Shown here: piece by piece, positions 30,319-38,808 of the stretch
Layout: each line of letters begins with the position of its first letter
How positions within the stretch are numbered: position 1 is the first letter of the stretch
Assembly: GCA_020029615.1 (NCBI GenBank)
Contig: JAIBJO010000004.1
Span: 3,983-67,982 of the forward strand
Length of the DNA stretch: 64,000 nt
From: Actinomycetota bacterium
Lineage (GTDB): Bacteria; Actinomycetota; Thermoleophilia; Gaiellales; Gaiellaceae
Direction: 5' to 3'
Notes under the pieces: model-generated
What the model was told of the DNA's origin: nothing
The model's database searches: none
The model's input: only the letters and a program-made list of their open reading frames with translations
Translations under genes and position numbers: made by a program

Positions 30319-30837
30319 CTAGTACGTGACGAGCGAGTGAACGTCGTAGCCGGTGAGCTTCTCCCGCCCGTTCAGGAACGACAGCTCGAGCACGAACTCG
30401 ATCCCCACGACCACGCCGCCGAGGCCTTCCACGAGCTCCACCTTGGCCTTCGCGGTCCCCCCCGTCGCAAGGACGTCGTCGAGCACGATGACGCGAGATC
30501 CCGGTGGCACCGCGTCGCGGTGCACCTGCAGGCTGTCCGAACCGTACTCGAGCGCGTAGACCACCTCGACCGTCTCTCGTGGGAGCTTGCCCGGCTTGCG
30601 CGCGGCGATGAACCCCGAGCCGAGCGCGTACGCGAGCGCGGCGCCGAAAATGAACCCCCTGGCCTCGGCGCCGAGGACGAGATCGGGCTCGCGCGGACGC
30701 GCCCACTCGGAGAGCCGCCCGATCGTCTCGCGGAAGTACACGGGATCCGCGATCAGCGGCATGAGGTCCTTGAACACGACACCCTCGACCGGAAAATCGG
30801 GTACGTCTCGGATCCGGTCGCGCAGGTCGAGAGTCAC
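30319..30837 (-). CDS. apt: adenine phosphoribosyltransferase
   Basis: PRPP motif VIVLDDVLATGGT. GTGA overlap with the MerR gene stop. Confidence 0.92.
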   Translation of the reverse strand: MTLDLRDRIRDVPDFPVEGVVFKDLMPLIADPVYFRETIGRLSEWARPREPDLVLGAEARGFIFGAALAYALGSGFIAARKPGKLPRETVEVVYALEYGSDSLQVHRDAVPPGSRVIVLDDVLATGGTAKAKVELVEGLGGVVVGIEFVLELSFLNGREKLTGYDVHSLVTY

Positions 30838-31547
30838 GAGGTCCGCTCGACGGTCGAGCGCAGGTCACGCAGGAGAAGAAGGTGGGACAGCTCCTGGGCG
30901 ACGCGGGAGAGCACCTCGAGATCGTCCAGCGAGTTCTTCCGACGCTCGCTGTTGCGCGAGCGCAAGCCGGGCGCGACGAGCTGCTCCACGAGCGCTGCCT
31001 GCCGTCCGGCCGCCGTGAGGAACGTCCGCAGGTGGCGGCCGTCCACCCCGAAGCGCGCGAGCCTTGCACACGAGGCGGCGATGTCGGCCTCGCTCTCACC
31101 GTAGAGTCGGTCGCCGGCCTCGGTGCGCGAGACGATCAGGCCGTACTCCTCGAGCTGCCTCACGAAATCGGCCGAGACGGACGCGCGGTCGCACAGCTCG
31201 GCCTCGTCGATCTCGTCCTCTCGGTCGGTGATTCCGACCGTGCGTCGCCTCGTCCGCTCGGCGGACGCGCCCGGCCCCTCGAGCTCCTCTCGGATCACGC
31301 GCAGCGGAAGAAACTCGTCCCGCTGCAGGCGCAGGATCGTCGTCAGGCGCTCGATGTCGTCGGGGGCGAAGAGGCGATACCCGCCGCGCGTCCGCTTCGG
31401 CGCGATGAGGCCCTGGTCCTCGAGATACCGGATCTTGGAGACCGAGATGTCGGGGAACTGCTCGCGGAGCTCCTCGCACACCGAGCCGATCGTACGAAGC
31501 CGAGGTTCCGCACCGCCTCGTTCGCGTCGTGTCGCCACGGTGCTCAT
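30834..31547 (-). CDS. MerR-family transcriptional regulator (long, two-part FtsR-like form)
   Basis: MerR HTH IGSVCEELREQFPDISVSKIRYLEDQGLI..R..GGYRLF. ATGA overlap with the FHA gene stop. Confidence 0.85.
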   Translation of the reverse strand: MSTVATRRERGGAEPRLRTIGSVCEELREQFPDISVSKIRYLEDQGLIAPKRTRGGYRLFAPDDIERLTTILRLQRDEFLPLRVIREELEGPGASAERTRRRTVGITDREDEIDEAELCDRASVSADFVRQLEEYGLIVSRTEAGDRLYGESEADIAASCARLARFGVDGRHLRTFLTAAGRQAALVEQLVAPGLRSRNSERRKNSLDDLEVLSRVAQELSHLLLLRDLRSTVERTS

Positions 31548-32005
31548 CGCTGCAGGAAGGTCAGGCGGTACTTGCCGATCTGCACCTCGTCGTCGTCCTC
31601 GAGGACGGCCAGTTCGATGCGCTTTCGATTCACGTAGGTCCCGTTGAGGCTGCCGAGATCCCGGATCGAGAACATCTCTGCTTCACGCATGAGCTCGGCA
31701 TGCTGCCGTGAGACGGTGACGTCGTCGAGGAAGACGTCGCATTCGGGTGAGCGACCGATCAGCGTCCTTCCCTCGCCTGGCTGGAACGACTGCCCGGCCA
31801 TGCCTCCACCCGAACGTACGACCAGCGCAGGGCCGGTGATCCCGAGCGACGCCAAGAGGTCGACCTCGTCCCCGTCCTCGTCGATGTCGAAGCTCATGGT
31901 CGTCTCCGAGCCCGCGTCGGCCGTGAGCAGCGCGCCGCACCGAGAACAGTAATTCGAGGCCTCCGGGTTCTGGAAGCCGCACTCCGGGCAGTAGACGTGA
32001 CTCAC
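31544..32005 (-). CDS. FHA-domain protein with N-terminal zinc ribbon (GarA/OdhI-like)
   Basis: CPECG...CSRCG ribbon, then FHA core GRSPECDVFLDDVTVSRQHA...GSLNGTYVN. Confidence 0.88.
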   Translation of the reverse strand: MSHVYCPECGFQNPEASNYCSRCGALLTADAGSETTMSFDIDEDGDEVDLLASLGITGPALVVRSGGGMAGQSFQPGEGRTLIGRSPECDVFLDDVTVSRQHAELMREAEMFSIRDLGSLNGTYVNRKRIELAVLEDDDEVQIGKYRLTFLQR

Positions 32006-32253
32006 GCGTCGTCCGTGGGAACGACCGTCTTCGCGGTGAGGATCTCGCTGAGGCGCTCGACGTCTGCGAGCTGAGCCTCACCTGCGCTCACCTGCTCACG
32101 CAGCCGCGCGACGAGCTCGGCGCGAAGGATGTCTATCCGACCGTGCAGCACTCGGCGCCGGAAGGAGATCTCGTCTTCCTCCTTCTCGAGCTCGCGAATC
32201 ATGATGCGCAGGTCGTCGTCGGTCAGTGTGGACAGATCTGGGAGTGGTTCCAC
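32002..32253 (-). CDS. 83-aa coiled-coil protein with RsiG-like motif
   Basis: GTG 32253 lies 6 nt after GAGGAAAGG. GTGA overlap with the FHA start. Contains E-x3-S-x2-R-x3-H-x3-D (EDEISFRRRVLHGRID). The track TTG at 32310 falls in the putative -35 box. Confidence 0.5.
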   Translation of the reverse strand: MEPLPDLSTLTDDDLRIMIRELEKEEDEISFRRRVLHGRIDILRAELVARLREQVSAGEAQLADVERLSEILTAKTVVPTDDA

Positions 32254-32280
32254 CAGTGGCCTTTCCTCGTGGGTCACCTG

Positions 32281-32310
32281 AGTAAAGCAGCACGCGCAGC
32301 GAGGGGTCAA
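32281..32310 (-). promoter_or_regulatory. candidate sigma-70 promoter TTGACC-N18-TTTACT
   Basis: Read on the minus strand, about 25 nt upstream of GTG 32253. Sequence match only. Confidence 0.4.
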
Positions 32311-32378
32311 CCTCAGGTTGAGAGTTCAGCGCCCACTCTTTCGCTTCCGAGCGCGCTGTCCCTGCCCTCGAATGGTGG

Positions 32379-32924
32379 TCAGGGTGGACGGAGTAGCCTC
32401 TTCGCTCGCATCAGGTACTGGGCGCCGGCGCCCACGGAGAGAGCGATGCCGATCCAAAGGAGCACGAGCGGCCAGTCCGTGCCCTCCTCCGTGACGAGCA
32501 CGAGGCCGAGTGCCGCATACAGAACCCACGTCGCCAGCTTTCCGAGAAACGTGACCTCGAGCTCGTACCCGCTCGGCGTAAGGGCTTTGTAGCCGACGAT
32601 GAGCGTGAGATCGCGGGCGAGGATGACAAGAGCAGCGAGCAACGGGATACGACCGGTTGCCCACATGAGAACGACGGCGGTCCCGATCATCAGCCGGTCG
32701 GCGAGCGGGTCGGCGACCTTCCCGAAGCTCGACTCCACGTGCCAGCGACGGGCGAGGAGGCCGTCGAGCTGGTCGGTGAACGCGGCCGCCGCGAAGAAGA
32801 TCCCTGCCCCCCACGCCGGCCCGTCGCCGGCCTCGAGGTACAGCCAGGCGAAGATCGGGATCGCGACGAAGCGAGCGATGGTGAGCGCGTTCGGAATGTG
32901 CCGTCGTAGCTCGACCCACGTCAT
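32379..32924 (-). CDS. pgsA: CDP-diacylglycerol--glycerol-3-phosphate 3-phosphatidyltransferase
   Basis: CDP-alcohol phosphatidyltransferase motif DQLDGLLARRWHVESSFGKVADPLADR. Confidence 0.85.
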   Translation of the reverse strand: MTWVELRRHIPNALTIARFVAIPIFAWLYLEAGDGPAWGAGIFFAAAAFTDQLDGLLARRWHVESSFGKVADPLADRLMIGTAVVLMWATGRIPLLAALVILARDLTLIVGYKALTPSGYELEVTFLGKLATWVLYAALGLVLVTEEGTDWPLVLLWIGIALSVGAGAQYLMRAKRLLRPP

Positions 32925-33049
32925 CGGGAGAACCCTACGAGCTGCGCGTGGTCGGGGCCCGCGAGGGCATACCGGTCTCGAAAGGCATGTCCCGGGGTCT
33001 GACCCCGTGCTGCGCGGGCACCCTGCTAGCGTCGCGCCTGGTGGCAGGC

Positions 33050-34051
33050 ATGCTTCGACTTCCCGGTTTCGTCAACGCCCATACGCACACGTTTCAGCGC
33101 GCTCTTCGCGGCAGCGCGCCAGGTGGCGACTTCTGGACCTGGAGGGAGACGATGCTCGCGGAGGCAGAGCGCCAGACGCCCGAGCTTGTGCGGGCGTCGT
33201 ATCAGCAGACCTACCGCGAGATGCGCTGCGCCGGGTACACGGGCGTCGGCGAGTTTCACTACCTCGGCGTTCCCGAAGCTCTCGCCGCGGCGGAGGCCGC
33301 CGCGGCAGCGGGTGTCGAGCTGACGCTCCTTCATGTCGCCTACGCACGGGGCGGGCTCCCCCGCTTCCGCCAAGAGTCGGTCGCTGCGTATCTCGGCGAG
33401 GTCGAGGCGCTCCGTTCCGCGGGCCTACGCGTCGGTGTCGCGCCCCACTCGGTCCGTGCGTGCCCCGCCGACTGGCTCGAGCAGATCGGCCGCTACGCCG
33501 AGGCAGAGTCCCTACCGCTTCACGTCCATGCAGACGAGCAGCCGCGTGAGATCGAGGAGTGCCTGTCCGAGCACGGCTGCCGCCCGATAGAGCTGCTCGC
33601 TCGTACGCGCTGCCTCGGCGAGTGGGCGACGGTCGTTCACGCCACGCACGCCGACGGCCCCGAGCTCGATCTCCTCGCTGCGAGCGGAGCTGCGATCTGC
33701 GCGTGCCCCACAACCGAGGCGGACCTCGGTGACGGCTTCCTTCCCGCCGAGCGGATTCGAGCGCGGGCAATACCACTCTGCATCGGCTCGGACTCGAACA
33801 TGCGCATCGATCCACTCGAGGAGCTCCGAGAGCTCGAGGGGATCGCTCGTCGCCAGACCGGCCGGCGCGGTGTCTTCACGACTGACGAGCTCATGCGCTT
33901 CGGCTCGGAGGAGGGCGCACGCGCACTCGGGCTGGAGTCCTGGCCCGAGATCGACGTCGACCTCGGGCATCGCTCGCTCGCAGGAGTTGCGCGAGCCGAC
34001 ACTCCCGCCGCCCTCGTCGCCGGATGCGGTGCCGACGTCGTCACGGGATGA
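33050..34051 (+). CDS. amidohydrolase-superfamily protein (formimidoylglutamate deiminase-like)
   Basis: Metal motif GFVNAHTHTFQ, later HVHADE, HATH and GSDSN. ATG 33050 chosen; shorter than typical HutF. Confidence 0.65.
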   Translation: MLRLPGFVNAHTHTFQRALRGSAPGGDFWTWRETMLAEAERQTPELVRASYQQTYREMRCAGYTGVGEFHYLGVPEALAAAEAAAAAGVELTLLHVAYARGGLPRFRQESVAAYLGEVEALRSAGLRVGVAPHSVRACPADWLEQIGRYAEAESLPLHVHADEQPREIEECLSEHGCRPIELLARTRCLGEWATVVHATHADGPELDLLAASGAAICACPTTEADLGDGFLPAERIRARAIPLCIGSDSNMRIDPLEELRELEGIARRQTGRRGVFTTDELMRFGSEEGARALGLESWPEIDVDLGHRSLAGVARADTPAALVAGCGADVVTG

Positions 34052-34082
34052 ACGAGACGCGCCTCGGCGTTTGAGACCAGCA

Positions 34083-34646
34083 ATGGACGTCACCGACTCC
34101 ACCTTCGAGCAGGACGTGCTCGAGCGCTCGCGCTCGACTCCCGTGATCGTCGACTTCTGGGCAGCGTGGTGCGGCCCCTGCCGGGCTCTCACGCCGGTGC
34201 TCGAGCAAGAGGTGGAGCGGCGCGACGGCGCCGTCGCGCTCGCCAAGGTGGACGTGGACGCAAATCCCGCACTCTCCTCCTCGTATCGCGTCCAGGGCAT
34301 CCCGGCGGTCAAGGGATTTCGCGACGGCCGCGTCGTCACCGAGTTCGTCGGCGTGCGTTCGCCGGCCGGTGTGGCCGCGTTCGTGGACGAGCTCCTCGCC
34401 CCGCGCCGCGTCTCGACGCTCGTGGACGAGCTCCGGGCGAGCGGCGAGCTCCCCGCCGTGGTCGCCGCGCTCCAGGCCGGCGACGTCGAGCAAGCGCTTG
34501 ATCTGCTCCTCGACGAGATCGCGGGCTCGTCTCCCGAGCGCCGCGAGTGGTTGCGGGAGTCAGCGGTCGCCGTGTTCCACGACCTCGGGCACGACGACCC
34601 AGTGACCATCACGTACCGGCGGCGACTCGCGACCGCGCTCTACTGA
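34083..34646 (+). CDS. thioredoxin with helical C-terminal extension (YbbN-like)
   Basis: DFWAAWCGPCR active site, then a ~80-aa helical tail. Confidence 0.85.
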   Translation: MDVTDSTFEQDVLERSRSTPVIVDFWAAWCGPCRALTPVLEQEVERRDGAVALAKVDVDANPALSSSYRVQGIPAVKGFRDGRVVTEFVGVRSPAGVAAFVDELLAPRRVSTLVDELRASGELPAVVAALQAGDVEQALDLLLDEIAGSSPERREWLRESAVAVFHDLGHDDPVTITYRRRLATALY

Positions 34647-35635
34647 CGAGCTGCCACGCGGAGCCGAGCTGACCAGCCTGCGGTCGCGGCGAGGTACGCG
34701 CGTTGAGCCGCGATGCCGTTCTTGCCCCACGCGTCCTCGTAGCTCGGCCGGCCGACCTGCAACCGCGCCGGCTCGATCTGCGTCCCCTCCTGCCACTCGT
34801 TGTAGCTCGTGATGGTGACGATGTCGGCGCCGGAGCGGATCGCCGTCTTCCACATCCGGTCGTAGGTCGCGCCGTGAAGGCGCGGCCGAGTCGCGTCGTC
34901 GCGCCTCGCGAGCCGCGCGTCGTAGCCAGGACCAACGGACGGTGCGCACAGGAGGCCCGCCGCGCGTGCCTGAGTGCACAGACGGCGAAACAACGACCCG
35001 TTCCACGTCACCACGTCGTATGTGTACAAGCCGTCGAATCCCGAAGCCTTGGCCCGCCCGACCAGCGTCGTGTGCCCGAAGATGCGGACGCCGTCGAGGG
35101 GCGCGAGCGCTTCGTTCCACACGGCGGCTTGCTCGCGATCGGCGTCGTAGACGTAGAAGTCCGTGTATCCGTCTTCGACATGCAGTCCCGCGATGTCCTC
35201 GGCGACGCGAGCGGGCGTTCGCTCGTCGTAGGGCTCGACGTGAATGGCCACCGCGAGCCCTTGCTGCTTGGCGGCCTCGGCGACCAGCTTGAGCCTCTCG
35301 TGCTCCGGCGAGCCGAGCCCCCACCATGAGACGATGACCGTGTCCACTCCCGCGGCGGCGATCTCCCGCATCTGCGCGGAGACGATCTTGGCATTCGAGG
35401 AGGAGTAGAGGCCACGGGTCGGGAAGTACGGCGTCGAAAGCACGGGTGCGCCATCTTGCTCGACGTACCAGTGCGCCCAGCGGCCGTCTCGCATGGGAGT
35501 CGAGTACCAGGGGTAGTAGAAGATCGCGACACGGCTCGACGTTGTATCAACCTCGCCGGAGCCGGCCGCGGGCAGTGCGAGAGCGGCGCCACAGAGCGCC
35601 GCAGTGAGAAGGGCCGACAGTCGTGCTCCGCTCAC
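34640..35635 (-). CDS. secreted glycoside hydrolase-like protein (GH99-like by motif memory)
   Basis: Signal peptide MSGARLSALLTAALCGAALALPAAG, then VAIFYYPWY...WAHWY and TIM-barrel-like spacing. Family assignment needs an HMM search. Confidence 0.5.
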   Translation of the reverse strand: MSGARLSALLTAALCGAALALPAAGSGEVDTTSSRVAIFYYPWYSTPMRDGRWAHWYVEQDGAPVLSTPYFPTRGLYSSSNAKIVSAQMREIAAAGVDTVIVSWWGLGSPEHERLKLVAEAAKQQGLAVAIHVEPYDERTPARVAEDIAGLHVEDGYTDFYVYDADREQAAVWNEALAPLDGVRIFGHTTLVGRAKASGFDGLYTYDVVTWNGSLFRRLCTQARAAGLLCAPSVGPGYDARLARRDDATRPRLHGATYDRMWKTAIRSGADIVTITSYNEWQEGTQIEPARLQVGRPSYEDAWGKNGIAAQRAYLAATAGWSARLRVAARQ

Positions 35636-35795
35636 GCCGGCGGGACTCTACCGTCCTGCCGTGGCCGCTGCGGACGAGCTGGTGGCTCGACGGCGTCCGC
35701 TGCCGGGCGAGACGTCGAAGCTCGTCGCCCCGGTCCTGGGATGTCGTCACTGGTCGGACCTCCGACACGCATCGACCATCTAGGATCACGCGCAG

Positions 35796-36977
35796 ATGGC
35801 TGCATACCGGTACCTGATCGTCGGTGGCGGAATGACGGCCGATGCCGCCTGCCGGGGAATCCGCGATCAGGACGCAGATGGGAGCATCGGCGTCTTCGCC
35901 GCCGAGGAGCACGCACCTTACGCACGGCCGCCTCTCTCGAAAGCGCTGTGGACGGGGAAGGACGAGAGCTCGGTGTGGCGCGGGACGACGGATCTCGGCG
36001 TCGACGTCCACGCCGGCCAGAGGATCACGAGCCTGGATCTGGACACGCGCTCGGCGACCGACGCCGTCGGCGGGACTCACACCTACGAGCGACTGCTGCT
36101 CGCAACCGGAGGCACACCGCGCCGGCTTCCGGCAGGAGACGACGACGTCATCTACTTCAGGACGCTCGACGACTTCCGAAGGCTTCGAGCGCTCGCCGGC
36201 GACGGCGTGCGTATCGCAGTGATCGGCGGCGGCTTCATCGGATCCGAGCTCGCGGCGGCGCTCGCCACCAACGGGTGCGCAGTGACGATCGTGTTCCCTG
36301 AGCACGGTATCGGCGCGCGGCTGTTCCCACCGGCGCTCTCGACCTTCGTGAACGAGTACTACGGTTCGAAACGCGTGGACGTCCTTCCGGAGGAGCTCGT
36401 CGAAGCGATCGGTCGAGACGGGTCGAGCGTCCGATTGACGACGAACGCCGGCCACGTACTCGACGCGGACGTCGTCGTCGCGGGGCTCGGAATCGTCCCG
36501 AGTACAGAGCTGGCCGAGCAAGCCGGGCTGGAGGTCGAGGATGGGATCGTCGTCGACGAGTACGGTCGAGCGGGTAGGCGCGACGACGTCTTCGCAGCGG
36601 GGGACGTCGCCCGCTTCCCGGTTCCTGCCCTTGGGGGAAGCAGGCGCGTCGAGCACGAGGACCATGCGAACACGCACGGACGCGTGGTCGGCGCCAACAT
36701 GGCCGGCGGACACGCTTCGTACGATCATCTTCCGTTCTTCTACTCGGATCTCTTCGAGCTCGGCTACGAGGCGGTGGGCGACGTCGACTCACGCCAGGCA
36801 ATGGTCGAGGAGTGGGCTGATCCGAACCGCAAAGGCGTGGTCGCCTACGTCGACGGCGACGGGAGAGCGCGTGGGCTCTTGCTCTGGGACGTCTGGGGCA
36901 AGGTCGATGCAGCACGCGAGCTGATCCGCTCGGAGGCGCCGGTGGAGCCCGCTGCGCTCCGGCGCCTGCTCGACTGA
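35796..36977 (+). CDS. FAD-dependent pyridine nucleotide-disulfide oxidoreductase (ferredoxin reductase/AIF-like)
   Basis: FAD fold YLIVGGGMTADAA, NAD fold IAVIGGGFIGSELAAAL, AAGDVA motif. Confidence 0.8.
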   Translation: MAAYRYLIVGGGMTADAACRGIRDQDADGSIGVFAAEEHAPYARPPLSKALWTGKDESSVWRGTTDLGVDVHAGQRITSLDLDTRSATDAVGGTHTYERLLLATGGTPRRLPAGDDDVIYFRTLDDFRRLRALAGDGVRIAVIGGGFIGSELAAALATNGCAVTIVFPEHGIGARLFPPALSTFVNEYYGSKRVDVLPEELVEAIGRDGSSVRLTTNAGHVLDADVVVAGLGIVPSTELAEQAGLEVEDGIVVDEYGRAGRRDDVFAAGDVARFPVPALGGSRRVEHEDHANTHGRVVGANMAGGHASYDHLPFFYSDLFELGYEAVGDVDSRQAMVEEWADPNRKGVVAYVDGDGRARGLLLWDVWGKVDAARELIRSEAPVEPAALRRLLD

Positions 36978-37651
36978 ATCGGCCTGCCGACTTCACTCAG
37001 CCGAGCCACGATCGCCAACGCGACGACGTCGAAGACGACGTATCCGCTGGCTGCCCCGCTCGGCGGATTTCCCTGCGAGAGCCCGAGACCCGGGACGGTC
37101 GCCTCCCAGGTCCAGGTGCCGAGCGCAGTCCCGTACAGCTCCAGCCCGGCGACGATCACGAAGACCCCCGCGTAGACCGTACGCCGCGTGCATACGAGCA
37201 CGCCGACGAGAAACGCGCACCCGATCGCTCCCACGACGTCCGAGGCGGGCAGCACGGTGATCCCTGCGAGCCCCCAGAAAGCTGCGCCGCCGACTGCGAC
37301 TCCCAGCAGGGCGTTCGGCCGGGCTCGCACGAGAGCGGCGAGGGCAAGCCCACCGAGATAGACGAGCCCGTGTCCCGGCGGGACGAATGAAGGGAGGTTC
37401 TCGAGCCGGTAGCCGTACAGGCCCCAGATCAGGGACCCGATGACCTCGCCGATCGTCGCAACGGCCACGACCGCGAGCGCCTGGAGTCGGACCGCGGTGG
37501 GCTGGATGGACAGGAGAGCCGCAAGCACGGTGGCCGTGAGCACCCCGAGGGCGAACTGACCGCGTCCCGCGACCTGGCTGTCGAGCCAGAGGCCTCCCAC
37601 GGTCCAGGCGGCGACGACGAGGAGGACGAGGGCGGGGCGGCGCACGAACAC
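36845..37651 (-). CDS. hypothetical polytopic membrane protein
   Basis: About 7 hydrophobic helices. GTG 37651 chosen. The last ~45 codons are Ser/Arg-rich and overlap the 3' end of the convergent oxidoreductase gene by 133 bp. Confidence 0.45.
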   Translation of the reverse strand: MFVRRPALVLLVVAAWTVGGLWLDSQVAGRGQFALGVLTATVLAALLSIQPTAVRLQALAVVAVATIGEVIGSLIWGLYGYRLENLPSFVPPGHGLVYLGGLALAALVRARPNALLGVAVGGAAFWGLAGITVLPASDVVGAIGCAFLVGVLVCTRRTVYAGVFVIVAGLELYGTALGTWTWEATVPGLGLSQGNPPSGAASGYVVFDVVALAIVARLSEVGRPIQSSRRRSAAGSTGASERISSRAASTLPQTSQSKSPRALPSPST

Positions 37652-37698
37652 ATCTTCGCCGAACCGGCTCTCGGCGGTTCGGTTCGTGTCCGGACGAT

Positions 37699-37902
37699 TC
37701 AGTCGTCGAGGACGAAGGTGACGAGCATGTTCACCTGGTACTCGGCGATCGAGCCGTCGTTGATGCGGACGTACTGCTCCTTGATCCACGCGCTCTTCAC
37801 GTTGCGCAACGTCTCGTTCGCGCGTTCGAGCCCCGACCTGATCGCGTCTTCGAAGCTCGAGGACGACGTCGAGCTGATCTCCGTTACCCGTGCGACTGCC
37901 AT
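37699..37902 (-). CDS. dodecin-family flavin-binding protein
   Basis: ATG 37902 lies after GGGAGG. 67 aa, MAVARVTEISSTSSSSFEDAI...VKSAWIKEQ...YQVNMLVTFVLDD matches the dodecin pattern. Confidence 0.8.
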   Translation of the reverse strand: MAVARVTEISSTSSSSFEDAIRSGLERANETLRNVKSAWIKEQYVRINDGSIAEYQVNMLVTFVLDD

Positions 37903-38005
37903 CCCTACCTCCCTTTCGTCGATGTGGGACGGAGTCTCCCTGAACTGGGCGCGCGTCTGCCTACCCCGAGTCGTCACTCGGCGAGCGAAGCACTACCCTT
38001 CCTCG

Positions 38006-38095
38006 TCAGATCGAACCGGCAACGACGAGGAAGATCACGACGACGACGGCGGAAGCTCCCACCAAGAGGAAGAACCCACGGATCGCTGCGGTCAC
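38006..38095 (-). CDS. 29-codon hydrophobic mini-ORF (VTAAIRGFFLLVGASAVVVVIFLVVAGSI)
   Basis: Below the ORF-track cutoff. GTG 38095 lies 6 nt after GGAGGGGG. Encodes a single TM-length helix. Confidence 0.35.
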   Translation of the reverse strand: MTAAIRGFFLLVGASAVVVVIFLVVAGSI

Positions 38096-38221
38096 CTGCC
38101 CCCTCCTACCCTTGACCGAACGCCTCCATCCTAAGCGATCAGGCGATTCCCTGCCGGGGCGCGGGCGCAACGGACAGGAAGGTGCGAGCTCGACTGGTCG
38201 TTTACGGGCGTACTCGTCGAG

Positions 38222-38344
38222 CTAGCGAGCGCGGCTCGCGTCGTCCGGATCTCGGTGAGCGTCGAGCCGAGCCTGGACGACGGAGCCGTAGACGACGGCG
38301 AAGCCGACGAGGATCACCGCCAGTGCGGCCGCCGGCCAAATCAT
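38222..38344 (-). CDS. 40-codon membrane mini-ORF coupled to the pilin gene
   Basis: ATG 38344 overlaps the pilin TGA (ATGA). MIWPAAALAVILVGFAVVYGSVV followed by a charged tail. Confidence 0.35.
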   Translation of the reverse strand: MIWPAAALAVILVGFAVVYGSVVQARLDAHRDPDDASRAR

Positions 38345-38730
38345 GGCGTGCACGTCGCGTTGGCCGTCAGTTTGTGGGCCCCCCGTGAGGGACCGGCGAT
38401 GCTCCAGGTCCGTCCCCGCACGTTGTCGGTCAGGCAGTACCTGCCACGCCGTGCCGAAGCGACGGTCAGCGCCGGCGGGGTACGGGGGTCGATCCGGAGC
38501 AGATCCAGCGCGTCCATGCCGGCGTAGGAGCCGTGGCTCGCTCGATACGCCTCCGCGGTCCACACCGCCGCACGCAAGTGCGTCTGGGCTGCCTTGTCGG
38601 CTTTGCGATCCTGCATCCCGAGATACCCGGGAACCGCCACCGCCACCAGGCCCCCGAAGACGCCGAGCACAGCCACGACCTCCGTGAGGCCCTGCCCGCC
38701 GCCCGCGCCGAGATGCCGCAAGATCCGCAT
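38341..38730 (-). CDS. type IV pilin-like protein (prepilin-type N-terminus)
   Basis: Basic leader, then GGG/QGLTEVVAVLGVFGGLVAVAVPGYL (Glu at +5 if cleaved after GGG). Pilin-like helix AVPGYLGMQDRKADKAAQTHL. C-terminal Cys pair (RYC...ATC). Confidence 0.7.
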   Translation of the reverse strand: MRILRHLGAGGGQGLTEVVAVLGVFGGLVAVAVPGYLGMQDRKADKAAQTHLRAAVWTAEAYRASHGSYAGMDALDLLRIDPRTPPALTVASARRGRYCLTDNVRGRTWSIAGPSRGAHKLTANATCTP

Positions 38731-38781
38731 CGAACCTTTCCTTTCCGCAGAGCCGGCCGGCGACGCCGACCGACGTAGAGT

Positions 38782-38808
38782 CGATCGGCAGCGCTCGCAG
38801 AAGCTTCA
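38782..38808 (-). promoter_or_regulatory. candidate sigma-28/WhiG-type promoter TGAA-N15-GCCGATCG upstream of the pilin gene
   Basis: Minus-strand read. 3 of 4 and 6 of 8 matches to TAAA-N15-GCCGATAA, about 51 nt before the ATG. Confidence 0.3.
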
